A DNA stretch of 43,013 nucleotides from a virus: IMG/VR virus record IMGVR_UViG_3300046733_000343. The stretch is one strand, 5' to 3'. The notes beneath the pieces were generated by a model. The model searched no databases and was not told the DNA's origin. It was given only the letters and a program-made list of their open reading frames with translations. Shown one piece after another: positions 10,028 to 19,146 of this stretch (positions are counted from its first letter, which is position 1; every line of letters starts with the position of its first letter). Both the position numbers and the translations under genes were made by a program.

Positions 10028-13000
10028 CGGGTTTGGCAATCCATTTCTTGAAGAAGAAGATAAAAGCACTGATCCGTTTGAGAACCCTTTTTTAAAGAAA
10101 AAGAAAGATGGTTTTTCTAACCCATTTGTTAGCGACCTACCGGCGGAAACTGCAATCCCTCCTGTTGCGGCGATCAGTGAACCCTCCCCAAAAACTGACA
10201 TGCCGCCGGTAGACCCGACAGGTGGTTTCCGCAGCCCGACGTCTGGAGTGACTGAAACGAATGCGTTGCTGGCGCAGCAGATTGCAGATCAAAACCGCGC
10301 AGCGCAAATTGCTAATGCGCCTAATACAACTGAACTGGATTCTGTGTTTTACCCTAAGACTTTCGACCCGGCTGTTACCGGGCAGCAAGCATTAGAAACA
10401 GAACGCCAAAGGCTTGCAGATGTGATGGAACAACCGGGTCCAACGATTGCAAAGGCAGAAGCAAACGTAAACCCAAGCATATCACAGGTGCAAGGTCTTC
10501 CAGGAAACTACACCACGACCAGACAACCAGTTAGCGGGATGCCTATAAGTGATGCTGCGGCAGTAGACGAGATGGCTTTCGGCAACACCTACCAAATGCC
10601 GAACAATGCCGTTTCTCGCGGCACAGGACGGATGCTAGGTGTGTTCAATTTGTTTGCGCAGCAACTGGGTTTGAAAGATACCGGCGATTACATAGACCGT
10701 ATGCAAGAGCTTAATAGGATAATTCCAGAAGCTCCAAAAGACGTGCAAGATGGGCTGCGCGCAATCACAGACGAAAACAATACTTGGGGCGAAGCGTTCC
10801 GCGCTATGAAGGACAACCCTGGCGCTGTTCTCAGCGTTGTTGGCGAAAGCATTCCGCAAATGATCCCGAGCCTTTTAGCGGCTACAGGCACTACTCTGGC
10901 AACAGGTGGTAACATCTTTGCTGGAGCGGCAGCTGTTGGCGCAACGTCTGGCGCTATAGAGTTTGGTAATGTCCTTGATGAAGAGATTAGATCATCAGGC
11001 GTTGATTTAAACGATGATGCAGCAGTGCAAGAGCTGTTCGACAATCCAGAGTTTTGGGGTCGTGCTAGAGAGCGTGGCGCACGTCGCGGTATTGCAATCG
11101 GTCTCTTCGATGCTTTGTCGATGGGCATGGCTGGTAAGTTAGTCAACATGGCTAAGGTTCGCGGCAGCGGTCGCTTGGGGGTTGGCGGTGCGGCCACAGC
11201 TGAACTAGCCGGTGTGCAAGGCCCGTTAGGCAGTGTTGGCGAGTTTAGTGCGCAACTACTGGAACAGCAGGGCGGTTTCCGTGATGGCTTAAATCTTGGA
11301 GAGATTGCCTTAGAGGGCGTTGCTGAGATTGTTCCTGGCGCTGGTGAAGTTGCGGTTTCAACAACTGCGGGTGGTGATCCTGTCGCTCTTGCCGCAAAGC
11401 AAACCATGCTTGACATCGACAATGCTGAGTTTGCGACTACGCCAGAGCAAGAAGCTATTGCACTGTTGCAGCCGCAAGACATGCTTTTGGAAGAGCAAAT
11501 TGTTGACATGCAGATGCGCCTAAGATCACTGGGGCTGGATAAACTTGCATCAGTTTATGGAAGTTGGCTTGATCGACTGGACACAATAACCCCCAAAAAC
11601 CTAACGTTCTTGCGCACAAAAGTAGAAGAAGAAGAGCGCAAGGCAGCTGGCGTTGCCTCCCTAAACCCTCGAGTAGAAAACGTCATGCAGGATTATCTTG
11701 CAAAAGACGACTTAGAGCTTGCGCAGTTCAATGCAGCAATGAGCGACCCACGCACTAAGGACGTAATGGAAGACTTGGGGCGGAAGATGCAAATGATTGG
11801 GGACCGGCTACATGAGCTTGGCTATGACTATAAAACGGTTGCGTCAGACCCTAACGCTCCAGCTGCCATAAAGAAGGCAAGAGAGTTCCTGTCAAACGGC
11901 GGCATTGCAATGCGCCTGATGAAGCAGCTTAACGCTAACGTCAAAGGTTACAAAGGAAATCGCCAGGTCACAGATGAAGACTTAAACAAAACAATCGGAA
12001 GACTGCAAACCGCTTTAACCGTTGACGTTAAACCCCTTATTGAATCTGCCGTTCCCAATCCGTCAGTTCAGAGCACCATTGAAACGCCCACAGCTCCCGT
12101 AGCCGACGGTCCAATCCAGCCACCGTCGGCCAACTCGCAGCCGGTTAACGCGGCAAACCCTCCAGACTTGCCACCGCAATCGGCTGCACCTTCTTCTCCA
12201 AACGTTAAAACCGATGCACCTACAGCACCAGCGGTGCAAGAAACTGCGCCACCGCAGCCAGCGGCTCCTGTTGCAGAAGAGGCTCCAACCGTTAATCCGC
12301 AAGAGGCAGAGCCAGTGGGCCGAGAGGTTCCATCGAAGCCCGTCACCAGCGTACAAACGCCAGACGGACAGGCAAATTTCAATGTGCAGGGCAGGGTGAT
12401 CGAGCTTGCCGATCTAAAGCAGGCAACTGGCGACCTTCAACCGCGTGATCGATCAAGAAAAGAAAGCGCAGCATTAGCCAAAGAACGGGCAGGGTCCATG
12501 TTCAACCCAGCCCGGTTGCTGGATGATCCGACGTCTGGATCAGGAGCGCCGATCATTGCGCGTGACGGTACAATCATGTCTGGCAACGGGCGCGTCTTAA
12601 CTATGCAAGAGGTGTACGCAAGCCAATCGGATAGTCTCGCAAGCTACCGCGCTGCGTTAGAAGATGCTGGAATAAACACAGAAGGCTTTTCCCAACCAGT
12701 GTTTGTTCGGCAGCTGGCAGATGACATGACTGTGCAAGAGCTGAAGCGGTTTGCTGATTTGTCGAATACTGAGGCTCAAGCGCAGATGTCGATGACTGAA
12801 CGCGCAAGTCGTGACTCTACAAGATTAACGGATAGCAAGATCATCGATCTTTATCGCGGAGACTTTGACATCGATGCTGCCCAAAACCGGGGGTTTGTTA
12901 GCGAGTATGCAAAGAAAATTCTGTCACCTACGGAGCAAGGTGCATTCTTTAATAGTAAGGGCGAAATTAGCCAGGAGGGCATATCTCGCGTCAAAAATGC

Positions 13001-16000
13001 GATACTAGCATCCGCATTCGACAATCCAGATACGCTGGCAACCATGCTGGAAAGCAGCGACGAAAACATTAAAGCTATTAGTAATGCCTTCATGGCCGCT
13101 GCGCCTAAATTCGCACAGCTGAAAAAGCAAATTGCCGATGGTCGGACTGATGCGCAATTCGATATAACATCTGATCTGGCGGAAATGGCTAACTTAGTCA
13201 GCCGTTTGCGCCGTGAAGGGACTAAGCTGCAAGACTATTACAATCAGTCAGATATGCTTTCGCAACCGGACCCAGAGGTTCAGAGACTTGTTCGCGCTTT
13301 TTACAACGAAGGTCTTACCCGCGCAAATTCGACCAAGGCAATGAAGGATTTTCTGGATTTCTACACAACAGAAGCGTTACAGAAGGAAAGCGGCGGTCTG
13401 CTGCCAGATGAAACAACGGCATCAGATATAATTGAAGCTGGACGTCAACGTACTGAGGAGAAGCGCAGTGAAGCAAAAGGACAAAACCAGCCAGGACTTG
13501 AGCTTGCGGCATCAGGCAATGTCAAACGCGATGATGCGCGTGGCGAACAAGTACAAAAACGAAGAGATGCGGAAAGTGGCGAAAGAGCTGAAGCAGTTAA
13601 GCCAAGAGCCGAAAGCAAAGTAGATGACGCCCGATCCGAAAGTGAAGTGGAGCAAAGTCTCGAAGGTGTTGCAGAACTACGGGACACCGAAAGCACAAGC
13701 CCAGCCAATGCCGACACTCGAGAAGAAAACACAAGAGGCACAAAAGCTGGCCGCGTCACGATTGCGCAGTCCCAAACACTAAGGCAATCGCTTTACCGGG
13801 ATGCGTTTGATGATGCTGGATTTGACGTCAATACCGCAGTCAACCTACCAATTACCAATCAGTACAGAATATTGTCAAAACTGGTCAAAGAAAAGTTTGG
13901 CCTTAGTTTTGTTGAGAAGCCACAGCAAGGCGCTGGTTACGACCAAGTGAATGCTTTGCTCGATGCTTACCACAACTTACAGTGGATGACGCATACAATG
14001 GCAATGCCGAACAAAGCTATCGGCCTGGACGGTACGCTGGGCTTGGCGCTCCCGCAAAACGCTTGGGGCGGATACTTGGCCGCTTATGTGAATAAAGAAG
14101 CAACTACACCAGACTCATACCAGTCTGACGTGAACCCCGTAACTGGTCCAGTCATCTTAATGCCCGGTCGCTCGAACAGCTTCGCTCACGAATGGGGCCA
14201 TGCGCTAGACTACCATATCTTAGACCGGATCGGGAAAAACTGGGACCGAGGTGTCACTGGTCGTATCCGTACCAACCTTAAAAGTGGCGAAATGGTTTAC
14301 GCTGACAACGCGCCTCAGAATGTTGTCGAGGCAATGGGCGATCTTATGAACGCCATGTTTATGGACAACGCCGAGGTATCTGCCGAGATAATGAAGTTGG
14401 AAAGCGAAGTCGCAAGACTGCAAGCCAAGCAAGACAAGCGTACTAGCGGCAAACCTATTAAGAAGCTGGCCGACACGAAAGAACAGCTGCGGAAGTTACG
14501 CGAAGGTAGCACTAAGAAACCAATAGCTAAGTCGCAATACCGAAAGGATGCGGAGACATTTGCCACCGCAAACAAAAGTGACGTCAACTACTGGACCCGC
14601 CCAACAGAAATGTTTGCTCGAGCATTCGAGGCTTACATCGCCCGAAACGTGGAAGCGGCTGGCGGCAACACAGAGTTTATTTCATTTGAGAACGAAGCAT
14701 ACGAAATGGCTATGGATAAAGTTAAGGGTGGCGATGACCGCTTGGCGCTAACCTATCCTAACGACACTGACCGGATGCGGATATTCATGGCAATGGATCG
14801 GTTGATGGAGGAGTTGCGCGCTGACGTTATTCAAGAGGGTAAAGCCGCAGATGCACCCGGCGATACCGACATGATCGATGCGCAGGCAGAGTTTTACAAA
14901 GAAGTCGATCTGACAAAGAAAGAGCGCATCGGGATTATTGCCGATCAAAAGAGAGCCTGGAACGAACACAAGGTTATGCGGCAGAAGATTAGAAGCCGCC
15001 CACAGCGTTACAAGTCTGACTTAGCGCGCTTTCAAGATACAGCTGGTGTTGTCTTAATCAATACGAAGCGCGGCATCCTGTTTAACATGGCGAGTAGATA
15101 CAAAGATAATGCTCGCGCAAAAGCATTGATCGAGAGTGTCATCGCGCGGGTTGCTACCGATCCCGGCTCAACTGATAACCGCGTTACGGTATCGGGTGGA
15201 ACTTTTGAAGAGGCTGTGCGAGGCGCGTCTAGGCGTTACGCTGGTATATGGGCGGGATTGCTGGAGAAGCACAAGCTAGACAGCTTTGGCGCTTTAGATA
15301 ACAAGGAGCTCCGACTGTTCCTAACAAGTGATGAAACAACACAAGCAAATGCGCCAGACAGAATTAAGCGCGCAGCTGGTGACATCCGCAACAAGTTGCT
15401 GAACCCTATGTATGATTACATGCGTAAGAATGGTTTGGATGTAAATTACTTGCCAGAAGGCGGGTTCATGCCTCGCATGATGGACGCTCTTCTTGTTGCT
15501 GACAGTAAGGAAAACTTTGTAAACGGTAAGCCAGGAGAGAAAAAGCGCGGGGCAAAAGCGCTTTATTCTGACGTCATTTACGAAAATGAACTAGGCGTAA
15601 TCGACGTAGACGACGCAGAGCAAGCGTCGGCTTTGGTTAAAATGGCGAGAAGCCTTGAAGGCTCATTAGATGGAAGCACCGCAGATGCGGCTGCGGAACT
15701 AAAGTTTAAGCTGAAGCAAATAGAACGCGAAAGCGCAAAGCTGGATGATCCAGAGGTGGACCCAGGTGATGTTGAAGCCAGCATAATGCAGCTTCAAGAG
15801 GAAGTGGTGGACTTGCACCAACAGCTTTATGAAGATTTGCGTGATCCTTACAGTACAGAAGCTGCAAATGACTGGTATGATCGAATTGTGCGCCGTCAAG
15901 TTGGCGACATATCGCGTCACGGAGTGCAGGGTAGCTTCGCTAAATCTCGTAAGCTACCGCCAGAAGCCGACACATACATGGTGGATTTCTACCTCGATCC

Positions 16001-17651
16001 AACAGAAGCAATAACAAATTACATCTCAGGCGTTACGCGCAAGGTTGAGTATGAAAAACGCTTTGGCACAAAGACCGTTCCAAAAGGTAAGCGCCAACGG
16101 ACCAGTGGAAACTCTATCGATCCGGCAAGCAATGTTCACGACTTTATGAGCTACGTTTCTGAGGAAATGGCCGCAGCCGGCATGAAGGAACACGAAGTAC
16201 GCCAAATACAAAAAATTGTGGAAGTGGTTACTGGAACTGGAGCGCCAGCTGATTTTGCACTAGAAACCGTTTTAAATGCGCTTAATACGTTTGGCACTAT
16301 GGCTTTGCTTCCGAGGGCTGTCATATCCAGCGTTGCTGAACCGATGACGGCAGCTATTACAACTGGAAGCGTGACTGACGGGTTCCGTTCTTTTGCTTAC
16401 GCTCTGGACGAGTTTGCTACTTTTGTCAGAGGCCGGACAGCCAGAGAGCGCAAGCAATACTACAAACAGCTGGGCAGCGTATTGGGTGTGATCGATCTTC
16501 CAGAGAGCGGAGAAGTCATTGCAAACCGTGTCGGAGGTACAGCAGAGGACGATTCGAAAAACGCGCAGCGCCTTGGTCGATTCTTTTTTAGAACGGGTTT
16601 GGTCTCTATAACTAACGCGCAACGTCGTGGCAGCTTGCGGGTTGGAATACGCTACCTTGGTCAGCTTGGAGAGCAATACGCAAAGCCTGCCAGCCCAAGA
16701 ATGAAAGATCGAGCGCGTGAAGTTCTGCAAGACTTCGGAGTGCGTCCAGACGACATGGATCAGTTCGCAGATTTCATGATGAACCTGGAGAAGAATGAGA
16801 AAGGCATGTACGAAATTGACAGCATCATAGATCGATCTGGTGAGCTGTCAGACATGGGCGAGATACTGGCTCTTGCTACACGCCGGTTTACAGACCAAAC
16901 AATTCAAGACCCTAAGATCATTGACAGACCAATGTTTGCAGACAGCCCCGTGGGTAGAATTGTATTCGGCATCCAGTCGTTTGTTGCTGCATTCCAGCGC
17001 AATGTGCTGATTGCATCAGCAAAGCGTGTTCAGCGTGAATACGAAAATAGAGGCATAACGTCGGCAGCGCCTTACGCGGCCCTAAATGTTGCACTACCTC
17101 TTGGCGCGTTGTACTTGTCGCACACTCTTGTTTCTGCTGTACGCGAAATGCTGTTAAACCCCGACAAGTGGGAGGAAGAGAAAGAAGCCGACAACCTTGA
17201 AATGTACTTGCTTACTCTTGGCCTTTCTCGTTCTGGCTTCACTGGACGCATGGACCCGTTAATAAACGCAGCTACATCTTTAAAATACCAGTCAGACTTG
17301 TCGAACATGCTGGTAGGGGCTTCAGCTTCCTATTATGCCAGAGCCTTGCAAAGAATGATTTACCCGGCGTTGGGCACAAACAGTCCAAACACGGTATCTG
17401 CCGAGTACCAATTTGCCCGTGGTACTTATGATATGATTGTTCCGTTTGCTTTGAGTATCCTTGCCACGCACTCTGGGCTTGGCGGGGTTGCGCAAGCCGC
17501 AGCCGGCGCAACGGCAGCTGCTGGTTCGTCGCCGGGTGTTAAGCACTGGGTGCTGCGCAACGTAATATATCAACTTTATGATGAAGAGTATCGACCTGGG
17601 CGATCTGGGCGGAAAAAGAAGTCAGAGGAAAAGAAAGGCTTCAATCGTTGA
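10020..17651 (+). CDS. Giant multidomain internal-virion/ejection protein (polyvalent-protein-like; T7 gp16 position)
   Basis: Uninterrupted 7.6-kb ORF. ATG at 10020 (AGGGG 6 nt upstream) overlaps the upstream stop. Contains a ParB-like block (QPRDR at 12438-12452, SGNGR at 12579-12593) and a zincin block (HEWGH at 14187-14201, EMFARAFEAY at 14607-14636). Confidence 0.75.
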   Translation: MADGFGNPFLEEEDKSTDPFENPFLKKKKDGFSNPFVSDLPAETAIPPVAAISEPSPKTDMPPVDPTGGFRSPTSGVTETNALLAQQIADQNRAAQIANAPNTTELDSVFYPKTFDPAVTGQQALETERQRLADVMEQPGPTIAKAEANVNPSISQVQGLPGNYTTTRQPVSGMPISDAAAVDEMAFGNTYQMPNNAVSRGTGRMLGVFNLFAQQLGLKDTGDYIDRMQELNRIIPEAPKDVQDGLRAITDENNTWGEAFRAMKDNPGAVLSVVGESIPQMIPSLLAATGTTLATGGNIFAGAAAVGATSGAIEFGNVLDEEIRSSGVDLNDDAAVQELFDNPEFWGRARERGARRGIAIGLFDALSMGMAGKLVNMAKVRGSGRLGVGGAATAELAGVQGPLGSVGEFSAQLLEQQGGFRDGLNLGEIALEGVAEIVPGAGEVAVSTTAGGDPVALAAKQTMLDIDNAEFATTPEQEAIALLQPQDMLLEEQIVDMQMRLRSLGLDKLASVYGSWLDRLDTITPKNLTFLRTKVEEEERKAAGVASLNPRVENVMQDYLAKDDLELAQFNAAMSDPRTKDVMEDLGRKMQMIGDRLHELGYDYKTVASDPNAPAAIKKAREFLSNGGIAMRLMKQLNANVKGYKGNRQVTDEDLNKTIGRLQTALTVDVKPLIESAVPNPSVQSTIETPTAPVADGPIQPPSANSQPVNAANPPDLPPQSAAPSSPNVKTDAPTAPAVQETAPPQPAAPVAEEAPTVNPQEAEPVGREVPSKPVTSVQTPDGQANFNVQGRVIELADLKQATGDLQPRDRSRKESAALAKERAGSMFNPARLLDDPTSGSGAPIIARDGTIMSGNGRVLTMQEVYASQSDSLASYRAALEDAGINTEGFSQPVFVRQLADDMTVQELKRFADLSNTEAQAQMSMTERASRDSTRLTDSKIIDLYRGDFDIDAAQNRGFVSEYAKKILSPTEQGAFFNSKGEISQEGISRVKNAILASAFDNPDTLATMLESSDENIKAISNAFMAAAPKFAQLKKQIADGRTDAQFDITSDLAEMANLVSRLRREGTKLQDYYNQSDMLSQPDPEVQRLVRAFYNEGLTRANSTKAMKDFLDFYTTEALQKESGGLLPDETTASDIIEAGRQRTEEKRSEAKGQNQPGLELAASGNVKRDDARGEQVQKRRDAESGERAEAVKPRAESKVDDARSESEVEQSLEGVAELRDTESTSPANADTREENTRGTKAGRVTIAQSQTLRQSLYRDAFDDAGFDVNTAVNLPITNQYRILSKLVKEKFGLSFVEKPQQGAGYDQVNALLDAYHNLQWMTHTMAMPNKAIGLDGTLGLALPQNAWGGYLAAYVNKEATTPDSYQSDVNPVTGPVILMPGRSNSFAHEWGHALDYHILDRIGKNWDRGVTGRIRTNLKSGEMVYADNAPQNVVEAMGDLMNAMFMDNAEVSAEIMKLESEVARLQAKQDKRTSGKPIKKLADTKEQLRKLREGSTKKPIAKSQYRKDAETFATANKSDVNYWTRPTEMFARAFEAYIARNVEAAGGNTEFISFENEAYEMAMDKVKGGDDRLALTYPNDTDRMRIFMAMDRLMEELRADVIQEGKAADAPGDTDMIDAQAEFYKEVDLTKKERIGIIADQKRAWNEHKVMRQKIRSRPQRYKSDLARFQDTAGVVLINTKRGILFNMASRYKDNARAKALIESVIARVATDPGSTDNRVTVSGGTFEEAVRGASRRYAGIWAGLLEKHKLDSFGALDNKELRLFLTSDETTQANAPDRIKRAAGDIRNKLLNPMYDYMRKNGLDVNYLPEGGFMPRMMDALLVADSKENFVNGKPGEKKRGAKALYSDVIYENELGVIDVDDAEQASALVKMARSLEGSLDGSTADAAAELKFKLKQIERESAKLDDPEVDPGDVEASIMQLQEEVVDLHQQLYEDLRDPYSTEAANDWYDRIVRRQVGDISRHGVQGSFAKSRKLPPEADTYMVDFYLDPTEAITNYISGVTRKVEYEKRFGTKTVPKGKRQRTSGNSIDPASNVHDFMSYVSEEMAAAGMKEHEVRQIQKIVEVVTGTGAPADFALETVLNALNTFGTMALLPRAVISSVAEPMTAAITTGSVTDGFRSFAYALDEFATFVRGRTARERKQYYKQLGSVLGVIDLPESGEVIANRVGGTAEDDSKNAQRLGRFFFRTGLVSITNAQRRGSLRVGIRYLGQLGEQYAKPASPRMKDRAREVLQDFGVRPDDMDQFADFMMNLEKNEKGMYEIDSIIDRSGELSDMGEILALATRRFTDQTIQDPKIIDRPMFADSPVGRIVFGIQSFVAAFQRNVLIASAKRVQREYENRGITSAAPYAALNVALPLGALYLSHTLVSAVREMLLNPDKWEEEKEADNLEMYLLTLGLSRSGFTGRMDPLINAATSLKYQSDLSNMLVGASASYYARALQRMIYPALGTNSPNTVSAEYQFARGTYDMIVPFALSILATHSGLGGVAQAAAGATAAAGSSPGVKHWVLRNVIYQLYDEEYRPGRSGRKKKSEEKKGFNR

Positions 17652-17749
17652 GCAAAATAGATTTGGCCGGCCTAATTGGATTTGTGCTGGGAGCTGTTGC
17701 TGGATCATCGATCACCGTGGGCGCCCTAATGCTGCTTCACTGGTGGTGA
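17648..17749 (+). CDS. Possible 33-aa single-pass membrane peptide
   Basis: The TTG start overlaps the giant-gene stop (TTGA). It encodes MSKIDLAGLIGFVLGAVAGSSITVGALMLLHWW, one hydrophobic helix. It is very short and has a non-ATG start. Confidence 0.25.
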   Translation: MSKIDLAGLIGFVLGAVAGSSITVGALMLLHWW

Positions 17750-17848
17750 TGGTGTGGCAAAGACAGCGTTTCGACTTAAGCGCAAACAAAAGGTTAGTGC
17801 CGCCAATGCCACGGCCCTAGTTACGAAAATACGAATCAAATTTCAAGA

Positions 17849-17898
17849 GCGCAAATTGCGCCAAAAAACGAAAAACGGCACAATTTGCGCCGCTTTTT
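17849..17898 (+). terminator. Putative rho-independent terminator closing the structural operon
   Basis: GCGCAAATTGCGCC (17849-17862) pairs with GGCACAATTTGCGC (17877-17890), 13 of 14 bp, and is followed by CGCTTTTTG. Confidence 0.55.
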
Positions 17899-17949
17899 GT
17901 CCGTTCCTGTCGATCATATGTGGACCTCGATGCTCTGAAGTCCCTTATT

Positions 17950-18060
17950 TTAGGCTGTCGATTGTCGATCAACAACAGACAATCTGGTCGGGCTAGAACT
18001 ATCTACAAGATAGCACAACCGATTGAAGTTAATGTCGATATAAGCGATCAACAACATTTT
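17950..18060. promoter_or_regulatory. Candidate attP region (core-like palindrome plus arm-like direct repeats)
   Basis: Non-coding DNA next to the int 3' end. Palindrome CTATCT-aca-AGATAG at 17999-18013. CGATCAACAACA at 17966-17977 and 18045-18056. TGTCGAT occurs three times. Confidence 0.35.
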
Positions 18061-18090
18061 TTTGCGCCACTTTTTGGGCCAGCTTGGCAG

Positions 18091-19146
18091 TTACTCATGG
18101 ACGTCATCCAGATAGTCGGGAGCAAGATGCTCGTAATTTTTCCTGACTGTCTCAACCGTATCCCCCATGAATTTAGCTACTTTCTCGATTGGAACGCCAC
18201 GAGTAATAGCGCGCGTAGCCCATGTATGTCGAAACACATGCGGATGCAAATCATCTATGTTGAGGCTCTGACCCAAAGACCGCACCGCCTCGTAAAGTGA
18301 CGACGGCTTATCCAGCACATAATCGTTTATCGCCTCGCTCTTGGCGCGCTCCAGGACTGGTTTCAACATGGGGCTGATGGACAGGGCTGGCCGTCGTTTG
18401 ATCGATTGCAAGCGCCCCTGCGGATTAAACTGTATCTGGTTGCGCTCGATGCTGACTTGATCCCAGCGCAGCTGCTCGATGGCCGTCTTGCGCTGTGCTG
18501 TTTCCATTGCCAGCATAACGAACCGCCCAACCCTCGACATACGATTGGAAGGGCGTCGTCCAGGTCCGTTGATGACGTGGTTTGAGCAAGTATCCCGCAG
18601 TAACTGCACCTCGTCTTCAGTCAGCACTCGATCTCTAGGTGGCGACGGAGGCGGTAGATCGATATATGGGATGATCTCGCTAGAAATCCGCTGCTCTTTA
18701 GGCTCCACGCGCTCATTCATAAAGCGCAAGCAAGCGCGCAGCCGTTGCAGCTCACCGCGTATAGTGCCAGATGCTGCCTTGTTGGAGCCGATAATACCAT
18801 TAGCGCGCAGCTCAATAAACTTCTTAGCGTGTTCGCGTTCAATGGTGCTGACAGGCATGTTGCCAAAATACGCATTCAAGTTGTTTACGATAGCTGGGTA
18901 TCGGACCTCACTAAGCATACGCCCCTCGATCCACTGAGACATCCAAAGGTCTAAGCAAAACTCAACCGTTGGGTCTTTAACGACCTCAGTGTGCAGCTTG
19001 TAGTCCTTCAACCAACCCGAAAACCGCAGCGTTGCGACTTCCTGATCTGTCGTCCTAAGCGATACTCTTTTGCTGCGTCCGTCTTCTCGGAACGCGACAT
19101 ACCACTTTTCGTTTTTGTGTTGCTTGAGTTCTGGTGGCTTTGACAT
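18091..19146 (-). CDS. int: Tyrosine recombinase / phage integrase
   Basis: 351 aa. N-terminus KWYVAFREDGRSKRVSLRT, catalytic-region motifs AMETAQRKTAIEQLRW, LHPHVFRHTWAT and VRKNYEHL (R..HxxR..Y). AGAGG RBS. Confidence 0.9.
   Translation of the reverse strand: MSKPPELKQHKNEKWYVAFREDGRSKRVSLRTTDQEVATLRFSGWLKDYKLHTEVVKDPTVEFCLDLWMSQWIEGRMLSEVRYPAIVNNLNAYFGNMPVSTIEREHAKKFIELRANGIIGSNKAASGTIRGELQRLRACLRFMNERVEPKEQRISSEIIPYIDLPPPSPPRDRVLTEDEVQLLRDTCSNHVINGPGRRPSNRMSRVGRFVMLAMETAQRKTAIEQLRWDQVSIERNQIQFNPQGRLQSIKRRPALSISPMLKPVLERAKSEAINDYVLDKPSSLYEAVRSLGQSLNIDDLHPHVFRHTWATRAITRGVPIEKVAKFMGDTVETVRKNYEHLAPDYLDDVHE

Noticed and set aside
10688-11509. 273-aa antisense ORF inside the giant gene (similar cases at 12068-12382, 13445-13759 and 16272-16730)
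   Set aside because: It is embedded in a 7.6-kb sense ORF. Its Ser/Ala/Pro-rich low-complexity translation is typical of the antisense of GC-rich Ala/Gly-coding sequence, and it has no RBS.
10020-17651. Giant ORF as an N4-type virion RNA polymerase or a tape-measure protein
   Set aside because: I found no T7-like RNAP motif set (such as the R...K.......YG or catalytic DxxGR/..DD patterns) by eye. A tape measure is not expected in a genome with podovirus-type gene order. This remains formally untested without profile searches.
17651-18090. tRNA gene or tRNA 3' fragment as the integration target next to int
   Set aside because: I could find no cloverleaf-compatible stems or a GTTCRAnnC T-loop box followed by an acceptor stem. 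The hairpin at 17849-17898 is better explained as a terminator.
17578-18300. Three 80-126-aa + strand ORFs in the region between the giant gene and int
   Set aside because: They span the terminator hairpin and the repeat-rich attP-like DNA, or run antisense to the int 3' end. They have no RBS and their composition looks non-coding.
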